This document shows, in pieces, positions 24,121-34,936 of a DNA stretch of 64,000 bases; within the stretch, counting starts at the first letter, position 1; each line of letters begins with the position of its first letter. Origin of the DNA: Euglena gracilis (lineage: Eukaryota); NCBI GenBank assembly GCA_039621445.1, contig CP154954.1:37743703-37807702 (forward strand), written 5' to 3'. The notes under the pieces are model-generated. The model saw only the letters and a list, made by a program, of their open reading frames with translations, had not been told where the DNA came from and ran no database searches. The translations under genes were made by a program, and so were the position numbers.

Positions 24121-27100
24121 TCACCTGCCTTTATCGGCTGGGCGTTCGCGCACCTCACGCCAGTAGTCGTGTTGGGGGTCCCCTAATGGGTCCTCAACCA
24201 TCTCCAGTTGGCGTGGGGACCGCTGCGGAGCTGATTCAGTCCGGATGGTATTTTGATCCGGAGCGTTGATATCAAAGGATAGGGTCCCCAAGTACTTGAT
24301 CCAACTGTCCGGCAGCTTCTCACTGGTACGGTCAGCTTGATGCTGAAGGTACCGCTGGAGCTGTTCCCAGAAAATTCTGGGCAGCATCACCGGCCAGATG
24401 ATGTAATTCATCCGAGGGTGATTCGCAGGCACCTGCGGGGGCATCCCCGGGATCTGCTTGAAGCTGATGTCATACATCCGGCTCGCTGTCCGAGCTCTTG
24501 CGGTATGGGGCCGTAATACAGCCGCCAACCAACCTCTGAAGTCCACCAAATGGTGTTATTCAGGAGGCCACAGTGGCAAGGCGTATCCGCCATGCTGACG
24601 CTTGGAGAACAGGGGGTAAACCTGTGTCTCCCAGTCGCCATCAGTCCAGAGGTAAGGCATCCTTACCTTGGTGCGCATTGCCCCAGCGTCGATCTGGAAC
24701 TCACGGGCCATTCCCGTGTGGCGGTAGCTTTCTACCTTCCGGAAGTCGGAGTGCTTCAGGCGGCATTCCACCTGCTTGTACTCCTTCTTCCACTTCTCCA
24801 GTGTCTCCCAGTGGTGGGGGACAACGGTGGTGACTGCTCCATCAGCAGTCTGCACGAACTTGGCTCCTACACAGTTGATGCACAAGGCAGGGATATCCCT
24901 GTTGTGAGCATTCTCACTGTAGGAGTAGTTCAAGCTGTGCTTCCAGGCGTTCAGGCACTCGCCACATACGAGCGCCACACAGTTCGGCACATATGCCCTG
25001 TGATGGAACCACGAGGATTGCACCTGCCGCTTGCACACATGCACAAGCGGTTGGTTGTGCCGCACATGGTGGCACACGGTGCACGTCCAGGCAAAGGACG
25101 TGCCGTGCTGGAAATCCAACACGCAGTCCTCGCCAAAGTACTGTGCCAGTACTCTGGGTGAGCGCCTGTTCCAGAATGTCCAGTTATGTTCCAGGACATA
25201 GTGGAAAGGTTCTCCGCGGACGAAGAGGGGCTGAATCCATCGATTCAGTGACCCTGTCTGGTGCCTAATAGCAGCCAGTTTCTTCGTCCTCTCTTCCAAG
25301 GTGCCTAGTCTGGTCAGGATATCCTGGGTCCAGAGCTGGGCATCCGCAGACACAGGAGGTGAAGCAGGTTCATCCTGCTCCTCATCCGTCGATCCGGCGG
25401 AAGATTGGGCCTGTCGGCGACGAGCCTTAACTTTCGGTTTGCTCTGGCCGTACCCGGACGATGCAACGGCCTAATAGTCGTGCATTGTCGTAGGGCCTTT
25501 CGGCTGTCCGCCAGTCTGACCTCCAGCGCCACCTTTCGGTGGTGGTTTCCCATCACCGCCTTTGGCAGGGGGCTTACAGGGTGCAGCCTCCTTTCGGCTT
25601 CGCACTCCCGGAATCAGGAGGCGACGCCTGCGGCTTACTCCTGGTATCAGGAGCCGATGGTGCCGGAGTAGACGTTTGCCGTCTGGGCGAAGCGGGCATA
25701 CTGACCGCTGGGTCCCGCATGACGCTCCGAGGGGTTACCACCCGTTCCTGGGGTTGTTCAGGCGGCCGTCGCCGAACAGGTTCATTCTGTCCGACGAGGC
25801 GTGGCACTGTGGTCGTCACCGGAATCGGTGCTTCCACAGGCGCTGGCGCTCCCAGAAACTCTGCCATTGTCCTCGGGACGGCAGGGAACCTGCGCGGTGT
25901 CGGTGGTCGTGGGGGTATCTCGTCCACTTCCGTTTCGACATCCGGTCTAGGAGGTTGATCCTCCACAACCGTTGGCGCAGGTGCTACGGGAGGTTGATCC
26001 TCCGGTGTAGCCTGTGCGACAGATGGCTCTGTCGGCTGGGGTTCATCCCCTGAAGATGGTTGCACTGCTGCCGGAGATGGGGGTGTGGGGACACCGACAT
26101 CTGGTGTCTCCAAGCCCTCGGAGGCGGAGCTTGACGCTACGCCTCCACCTCGTGGCAATAGGGCAGCAGCCACGGCAGTAATGCCAGTGACCACGGCGCC
26201 GAGCACACGGCCTCCTAATGAGGTGCGTGCTGCGGGGCTGGTAGATTCTTCGAGGATATCCTCGACGACCATACCAGTTACCGCGGCTGGAGGCTCAGCC
26301 GTTGGAACAGGCGTAGCAGCCACAGGTATATCCCCTGCGGGTGCTCCGTCTGGCCTAGGCTGTGCCAGAGTAGGCAGAGCAGCGTAGAGGATATCCTCCA
26401 CGTTCTCACCTACCTCACCTACTCAGCATGTTCCTGGTCTCCACCTACCGGTGGACGGACGGAAGCCGCCGCGGGAGCCGTGGAAACCGATCGTTCCCCT
26501 GCCGCTCGCGGGGCAGAGACGAAGGATACAGCCGTTCCTGTCGGTGACGGCGGCACTGCCTCCAGAATGGTGACGGAGGGGCTGCGGTCGCGTTCCTCCC
26601 GCCGCGGAATCGCGGTTGTGGAAGCGACTGACGCCTCACGTCTCCTTCGCGCCAGAGGTTCATCCTCTGGGGCGATGAATGTGCGCAGATCCTCGGGCGA
26701 CCGGGGATCGTCGGGGTGCCATCGGCATCCCTGGGCATCAGCCAGCCTGTAAAAGGCCAGTGTACTGCTACTGGCGCTGTTGGGCCAGGGTGGCGGCCAT
26801 GATGGCTGCACCCAGGCGTTGGCAGGACTGTTCGGGTCCAGGAAGCCGCGGTAACGCGTGTCTTCCCAGACGTCGAAAAAGCCCTCCTCGAACTCCTGAA
26901 CGCATGCCATAACCAGCATACGCTGGTCGAGGATGGCCTTCGGGTGACACATCAGCGTGAGGAATACCTCCCGGTCGAGGGTACCGCCAAACTGTCGCCG
27001 CAAATGTTCCTCCGGGCTGATATCAGCCAGGTGCCAGTTGGGGCGCAGGTGGCCGAGAATCCGACGACGAGGACCCTCGATGGCGTCACCGTAATCCGGT

Positions 27101-29607
27101 GGCAGGCTTTCCATACCAGGCCTATCGTCCTGGAGGTCACGGAGATCTTTATATACACCTCCATGACGTAGGTGGTCCAGGCTCGCCACCAGAACTGCTG
27201 CAGCATAATAATACGCTGCTTGTGGACGCGGCGACTTTTGCCTTGGACATCCGGGGCGTCGCAGCACACAGGCATAAGCACGCGGCGTCCCATCTCCAGG
27301 CCCGGGTTATCCCGAGGCGGTGGAGGACTTCCGCGTACGCCGAATCCCCAGAAGTCGACAGGAAATTCCTGGCGGCAGTACTTACAACAGAGGTCATACC
27401 TCTGCGGGTAAGCCAGGGAAACACGCTTAACGCGGAAGGTGGCTCACCAGCCACACCTGGAGGTTGTTGCACCACAACACCTCGATCAGGCGTTCGATGT
27501 CGGGGTGTAGTGGGTAGAATTACCACTGCACGCCGAGGGGTCCGACTGTATGAATGCCGTCTAAGATTGCTTTCAGCCTTCGGGCCAACACACGCTGGTC
27601 CCGAAAACCCAACTGGTGCAGGTAAACGCGACCAGTCGAGTCGCTGAAGAGTCCCCAGTTCTGGCAGGGGTATCCCAGCCAAAACCAGAGCTCCCAGAAA
27701 CCCGGCTGGGCATCCAGCAAGGGTCTGCCACCTTCACCTTCGAAGGCGTACAGATCTATTCCGTAATGGAATAGTCTGACTCGGTTCTCGGTGTGGCGTA
27801 ATACCACATCGATGACTGCTTGTGGAGGAGTGACGGGGCGGTTTCCTGCAACATGGTAATCATGCTGCATTCGCCAGCCTTCGTCCTCCAGCTCCTCCTT
27901 GAACCTGAACATATGCTCAAAGTCCGAGAGGACTTCTGCTGGTTCTTCTTCCTCCTCCCGTGCTGATCCCTTACCTTTACCCTCACCCTTCCCTTTGCCG
28001 GCCACGCCTTTGCCTTCTCCCTTGCCTTTGCCCTCGGCCTTGCCTGTGTCCTCTCCCGTCTGGCGAATACCAGAGGGTGGGGCGCTCGGCGCCGCAGGAG
28101 TCGGTTCGGTTCCTTCCCATTCCATCTCTGGGGATGGACCTGGCCGCTCCGCTGCACGTCGCGGTGATGGCGTGGCTGGGCGCTTGCTAGGAGCCTGGCG
28201 TGGGCTTGGCTTCGACGCAGGGGGTCGCGGCTCCTTCCATGCCGGAGGGATCGGCGGTGGCATAGCGGCAACAGGACGGCTCATCGCCACCTGTGCCTCT
28301 GCCGGTGGTCGTCCAGCCGGGGTATCCTGGCTGGCATCCACCTGCATCGCTACACCGCCTTCCGCGTCCCGTGGGCTGGGTCGCCTGGGCTGTGGGGTAA
28401 GGTTCTCCGTAGTCCTGTCGCGCTTCAGGGTGGCAGGTAATACTGCCACACCTGCCGGGGGCTCACCGGGTAATACCGGGGTTGCCATCCGCAGCTGCGG
28501 CTGGTACGGATGGTATGGGGTGCACCCACGGCCCTGAAGGGCAGCCAGAGAGGCGTAATACCTCGTCCGGTGCTCTTCAGACGCGAATACTGGCTCCTGC
28601 AGGAAATGCCGAGCAAGCTCATGCTGCTCGGTTCCCGGAGGTGCCATGTGATAGTAGGGAGTCTCCTGCCGACGGAGGATATCCCCAGTCTGGACAGGGG
28701 CTGCACTGGGCGGTCGGGCTGCCTCACGGTAGGGAGGTTCATCCTCCACCACTATGGGCACTGCCTGCCTCCGTGGCTCAACGCCAGGGACAGGGGCGAC
28801 CGGTGATGCCTGAGGCATCCAGTGCATGAACATGTGTTGGACGTATGCCTCAGGGGGCACGTCCGACTGTCCGGCTGGGAGCACGCGTGCGCCGCGCGGG
28901 TAATCCGCGTGCGTCGCCTCCCGCGAGACAAATTGCTCCGCTGGCGGCTCGCGCGGTGGCATTCGCTGCGGCGAGGGCGGGCGAGCAAAAATTCTCGTCA
29001 TCCCAGGTGGGACACGCACAGCCTCACCTATCGGTGGGGGTGTGTGCTCACGCATATGCACGGTGTGGGATCCCACCGGCGTCTGCGTTTGCAGCATGGG
29101 CGGCACATACACGCCCAGATCCATCATGATCTCGCCAGGCTCAAATCCGGAATCGGATGCCGACGAGAAATACCGTCTCCCTGTCATCAGGGCCTGACCA
29201 CAGGGACACCACTGAGCCACAGGGGTGTTGGCTACCACCAACAACTGAGCACAGTGTGCATCCCAAAGGGCTTGCACAAAGGGCTCCGTTGGGGGGGGGT
29301 GTGCGCACATACGCATCGCCCGCTCCAACGTCTCCGTAGTGCGGAAGATCATCTCTCCCGCATACGGGGGCCGGCGCAGTCTGCGCTGCGCTGGTGGCCG
29401 AGGTGCCGGCTGCAGGACGGCAGATGGATCTGGTACCGCGTATGCGGACCGGCTGCTGGTACCCGCGGCGAATACCGGGGCTGAAACCCTCTCAGCATGT
29501 GGGGCACCCGGAATCGGGGCCTCAGCATACTGAGGGTACTGTGGGTATGGCGCGCCAGAAGGCTGCGGCCATGGTGGACCTGGTCCAGGTCCGCGCCCGG
29601 GCAGCAT
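24121..29607 (-). pseudogene. Extra 3' ORF of B2 (unknown function)
   Basis: ORFs 27520-29607 (695 aa), 26419-27267, 25574-26401, 24556-25353 and 24121-24549, homologous to A 9770-15166. Confidence 0.78.
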
Positions 29608-29806
29608 GATGCTACCCGAACGACGACGACAACTAAGGGTAACCTTGTTGTCAGTCGCTTTGAGTGCTGGTGCACTGAAAAAGCAAGGCTTCTATCATAA
29701 TCAAAAACTCCGTGATAAAGATAGAGAAAGAAGGAAGTGCAGGGGGGGGGGGTATAAACGTGAAACATTCACATAAAACACACGCATTCTCCAAAACGAA
29801 ATCGTT

Positions 29807-32800
29807 TCAAAAAGTGTTTATGTTTATGTCTATGTTATTGCGCTTGTTCCACAGCTTCCAATCCTGCTGGATGTATCCAACAAAACTGGATGCTGGCTCC
29901 CAAGTGTCCTCCTCTGGCCCATACCCTTTCCAGCGAACTTTCCAGTAGTGCACACCCCTGTCGACCTTGTGGTCAATTATCTTATCGACCACAAAGTCGT
30001 CCGTTTCAGGTAATCTGCAACGGGGCTTGAAATATAGGCAGGGGATAGCTTTTCCGTCTGGGGGGCTTGGGTACGGTTTGAAGTCGTCCATATGGACGTC
30101 CTCAATCCCGTTGGGCAAGGCAACTTTATATCGCCCGCTACTATCTAACCTCTCCAAAATTTCGCATGGGCCGAGCCAAAGAGGATCTAGCTTGGAAGAT
30201 TGCATGCGGGTGCGGTTATTCCGTACCCACACGGGGTCACCTGGACTATACACAGGTGTGTTGAAGTTCTGTAAAAACGATTTCAGTTTGTTGGAATGAA
30301 TTTCTGTGATACGTGACTGGACTGCAGAGCGGAGTGATTCCACTTCTGCGAACCACGTTTCACAGCTGACGCTACTTCGGGCGGGTCTCTCCGAGGGGAT
30401 ATCCCCTATGGCCGGAGGATCCCGTCCGAAAACAATTTTGTACGGTGAGTGTGGTAATACCAACCCTGGCAAGGTATTGATGTAAAATAAACACCAATGA
30501 AGAACGGATAACCAATTCTTACCCGAGTCAGCCAGTGAAAGGCGAAGCATATTGACAACAGATTTCACGGCTGCCTCGGCTCTACCATTGTCTTTCGGGC
30601 GGTATATAATGGAAAAATGCTGCAAAATGCCGAGTAAACCGCACAGAGTTGTGAAAAACCACGAAGAGACAAAGTGATCTTGATCACTCACGATTTCGTT
30701 CGGTAAACCCATTAAGCGGTTACATTTCTCCAGGAATATGGATGCCAAAATTTGGGCTGTCAACCCTGCTTTCCGGCATGGAATGGCTACTTTGGTACCC
30801 ACTCAACCGACAGACGGCATCAAAAACGTAATCTTAAATTTTGTCGTCTGATCCTTTGCAAGGTTCAAGTTCGAGAAAGTCCATGCAGAGGGACGTAAAA
30901 ATGTCTGGTGGTACGGGGAAAAAGTCCATCGTACCAGGGGGGGTACCTCTGCACGGTTTCACAGCCTGACAAATTTGGCACCGTTGCGAAATTCGCAAAA
31001 AGCGCGAATATAAATCTTATTCACTCAGGGTTGTGCAACATCTGCGACCCACTAGTGAAAGAAGTTTGGGGCCCCAGGGTGACCATGGTTGTGATAGCTC
31101 AAAATCACATCATCAACCAGGTCTTGTGGTATACAATATTTATAACCAGAATCATTCCGGAAATAAGTCGCAATGGTGATAGAGAGTAATTCTCTATGGA
31201 TTCACCATTACGAAGTCTATTCACAATCGTACTATATATAGGGTCACGCGAATGATCCCATTCGCGGAAAAATAGGGGGGTAGGAGTTTCCGTACGCGTA
31301 ATGCGACGGGGTCCGGTAGTGCGTCCACGCCGGCGACTTCCACGCAATGGTGAGATGGCGATACTGCGATACACCCGGGAAACCGTTAGTGAATCGAGCA
31401 TGTTGTCCGCAGCGTCGGATCGACGTGTGAACTGGTCAGCCTCATGGCTGCCATGAAAAGTCGCATCACCCTCATCCGGGTTCCCAGGATAATACCAGGG
31501 GGCTCGGCTGAGAGGATCCGCAACTTTTTGCGTGTGACCTGGGGTATAGATAACCACCAGGTTAAACTGGCTCAAGAACTTATGCCATAGGCATCTGCTG
31601 CCCACTGATGACATGGCCTTGTTTAGGTCCTCGGTGTACCAGTGTTGAAGGCTCTCATGATCCGTCAACACCAGTATCTGGACCAGGCTGCTGGCTATCC
31701 AGCTGCGGAATTTCTGGAGAATAAGCACAATAGCATATGTCTCCTTTTTGCGAATGCTCCATTTAACCTGTCCTTTCCTGTTGTCGCCCTGTAGCTTCCT
31801 GCTGAAGAAAGCCACAGGTCGGAGTTCATTCGCCGCATTATGCTGGCTAAGAACTCCGCCAACAGCGTAATCGCTGCTGTCGACCTCCAGGACATACGGT
31901 TTATATGGATCCGCGATATCAAGAACCACGTTCCCTAGGAGCAAGTCCTTGATTTCATTCAAGGCCTCGCGCATTTCGTCATACCAAATGACTTTTGCGT
32001 TATCGGGTGTCCGATTTTTGAGTTGTCGGGTTAGGGGTACCGCGATTTTCGCGAAATGGTTCAAGTAAATCGCGTAATATTGGGCTAATCCCAAAAATCC
32101 CTTTAAATGCGTTAAGGTCTTAATGACCTCAGGAGTCCATTTCTTAATGGCCTCCATCTTACTGGGTGCGGCTTTACGCTGCCCGTTGCTCAAGATGTGT
32201 CCGCAAAACTAAATAATTTTGCGAAATAGGTGCATTTTGGAACCCTTCACAAAAAGGACATGCTTTTGGAATGCGGTTAATACCGCTCGCACATCGCGAT
32301 AATGCGGGTCGAGGATATCCTCGCCCGATTTCGCGGATGGCGGTTGGGTTCCCACCAGTACATCATCGATGTACGTACACCAGAGCAAACGGTAAATCGC
32401 GCAAAAGCCACTGGATCATGCGTTGAAGCATGGCTGGGCCATTCTTAACACCCATGGGGAGAACCGTCCATTGGTACACACCCTTGGATGTCACGAATGC
32501 CGTGTACGGTTGCGAATCAGGATGCAAATGCACCTGATGGAAACCGTCTTCCAGATCAAAGATTGACCACAACTGGTTTTCCGATTGCTTGGTGATCAAA
32601 TCCTCGATCAGCGGTAACGGGAAGGGGTCATCCTTCGTTTGGGAGTTCAGGTACCGGTAATCCAGCACTAGTCTCCAATTCTTCTGACCAGACTGGTCAG
32701 CGGGTTTGGGCACCACAAAAGCTTGCGATGTTCACTCGCTCTTGGAAGGGATAATCCACTTCCGCTGGATGAGCTCCTCAATCATCTCGTTGAGAGCCTG

Positions 32801-34936
32801 TTCGCGTTCACCCGAACAACGGAAGATTTTCCGGTGCATGGGCTTAGCGCCATCCTTGAGCTCGATTTTACAAACACCGAACGCACCGCGAATCGCGGGG
32901 TCGATGTCGCAGGCGTAAACTGGATTATCCAGTACACTATGAAATTCGCGAGTAATTCGCGAACAATAGTCAGCAGACTTGGGGTGTTGGTCCGCACTCT
33001 CAAGGACCGCAGAAATCTGCGTTGAGGGTGTGGCATCCCCATTAGTACCAAGGTATCTTGGCACACGCACATCGGATATTCCGTATGTGTCGAAGAAACA
33101 AACGCGAAAAATGATTTCTTTAACCGGTGGTAATAATATACCACAAAAATCCTCAAATAGTGGTACATCAGCGGGTAAATCCCACCAATGGAAACACACA
33201 TAGGATAATTGGTGAAACCAATCCGCATTCGGATTGACGGGTATGAGGAGAGCTCCTCGCGCTTCATCGCGGAGGATTTTCTCCACCACATCCGGGATAA
33301 GTTTTTGGGGAGGGTGCATCCATAGCACCGTACCACTCCAAAATTTAAGAAATGCGTTGGTATGTCGCGACCAATATCGCGACAAGCGCGCATGCGCTTT
33401 TGATGAAAACGCATCAATTTCCAACGACAAATCGAAGGAATCAGCCAACACCGCGATTTTGGAGAACCATTCCTCCAAAATACGGTATTGACCAAAATTG
33501 AATGCGTTCCATACACGCACCGCGTATGTGTCGACCTGATTCGCGGGTTGAAGAGCGGTAACGCAATTCAGGAATCCGCAAACATAGGTCAAGGGTGTGT
33601 CATCCACACTCCCTAGGGGCAGTCCCGAGGGTTGATGGGTTGGATGGGTGCATACCCAGTCCATATCATGCGCAATGGAGGTGGGGGAGGTGTGTGACAC
33701 AGATCTCGCGGTCCCAAACAACAAGGCAATACCTCGTTGTTGGAGCATTTGGTGTACGGTCGCGCATTGCGAACCGCAACCAAGTGTATGGTTACGCGAA
33801 ATCGGGATTAGTGTTGGTATTTGGACTAGACATCCACAATCGAAATCTGGCTGGGCGGAAATTCTCCTACAGTGCACACACTGGAAGGAAGTGTCGGAGT
33901 AGTGGTCCTGGTCGCGCATGTTGGTCTGGCGAGGGTGTGTGTAAAAGTTGGAATGCGCTTTTGAAGCTGCTGGGCGGTGTACAGATGTATCTGAAAGCGA
34001 TACATCTGGTGGAAAACGGGGTATTGGTGCAGCTGGGCGACTACTCGGCACCGTGACCACTTCAGGCCTTTGGGCTTTCGTCTTGTAACCCAGTGGAACG
34101 AGGGGGGTACCTCTACTCGCTTGCCCTGCCTCATGGGGAACGGAAGTTGGTGTGTCAACGGGCAGGGGGTGAACTTTCTCGGTACTCCCGGTGTAGAAAA
34201 CGTTGGTTGGTGTGGTTGGTAACGGGGTAAAAGTTTTTGAAAACGGTGTGGAAAAATTGGTGGTCGTCGCGGTTGACGCCACAGGTGAGGAAGGTTTGGG
34301 AGGCAATGAAGAGAATGGTGATGTGCGCAAACCGTGGGAGTGGCAACCTACTACCAGCCGGTGCTGACGTAAAAAGAGGTATCCCAGAAATACGTCAGAA
34401 CCCTGGATTACGGATTCGTATCCCCAGGTATCCAGAAAAGTTTGCGGTTGGGGGGGGTGTGAGTGGTGCTTGGGGATGAGGGGTAGGACAATGTCCAAAA
34501 AGCATCCCAAGTCACCACCGCACATGGGGGTGCTGTCAGCCGTCGTAATTTTGATCGGCTTCTTGGCTGTCACCAAGAGGGGGGTTGGTATCAACCCGAA
34601 CCGAAAAAGTAGTGCAATGCGACAACCAGTGTCAATGAGAATTTTGACTTTTGCACAAAAATTTTAGATTTTGATTTCCGCTTGGACCAAAAGTTCCATG
34701 GGGGGTAAGCAAAGTGAAGGGTCTGGCGAAAATACGTTTTCTTGCCAGCTTTCCCATGAACCCTTTCCTACTTTGCACAACATTCCGAGCGGAAAGTTGG
34801 AGTGGGGGGTGGGGGACCCGAAAATTTTCCGGGTACCGACCAGAAAGGCAGATGGGCAGGGAGGGTAGGGTTGATCAGGTCCTACCTCCATCTGTTCATC
34901 AGCCCAGAGGTCCGTGCCCTCGGACCTCGGGCTCCC
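29807..34936 (-). pseudogene. pol: pol of B2 (PR, Cys/His spacer, MTase-like domain, RT, RH, IN, chromodomain)
   Basis: KILIDTGC near 34620-34650; 620-aa ORF 32732-34594; RT 32363-32716; RH 31105-32193; IN and chromodomain 29807-30802 with IVSDQD, NGRAE and [17 protein letters not shown]. Confidence 0.93.
33090..33530 (-). other. Dam/DIRS-like DNA N6-adenine methyltransferase domain within Pol (uninterrupted in B2)
   Basis: IDAFSSKAHARLSRYWS..NAFLKFWSGTVLWMHPPQKLIPDVVEKILRDEARGALLIPVNPNADWFHQL follows the DIRS MT pattern as I recall it: DLFA-x-N-x-DAF-xxW-xPP-xLI-xVLxK-xPxW-xWF. Confidence 0.78.

Noticed and set aside
24121-29607. Extra ORF as an env gene
   Set aside because: The position fits, but I see no signal peptide, fusion peptide or C-terminal transmembrane anchor.
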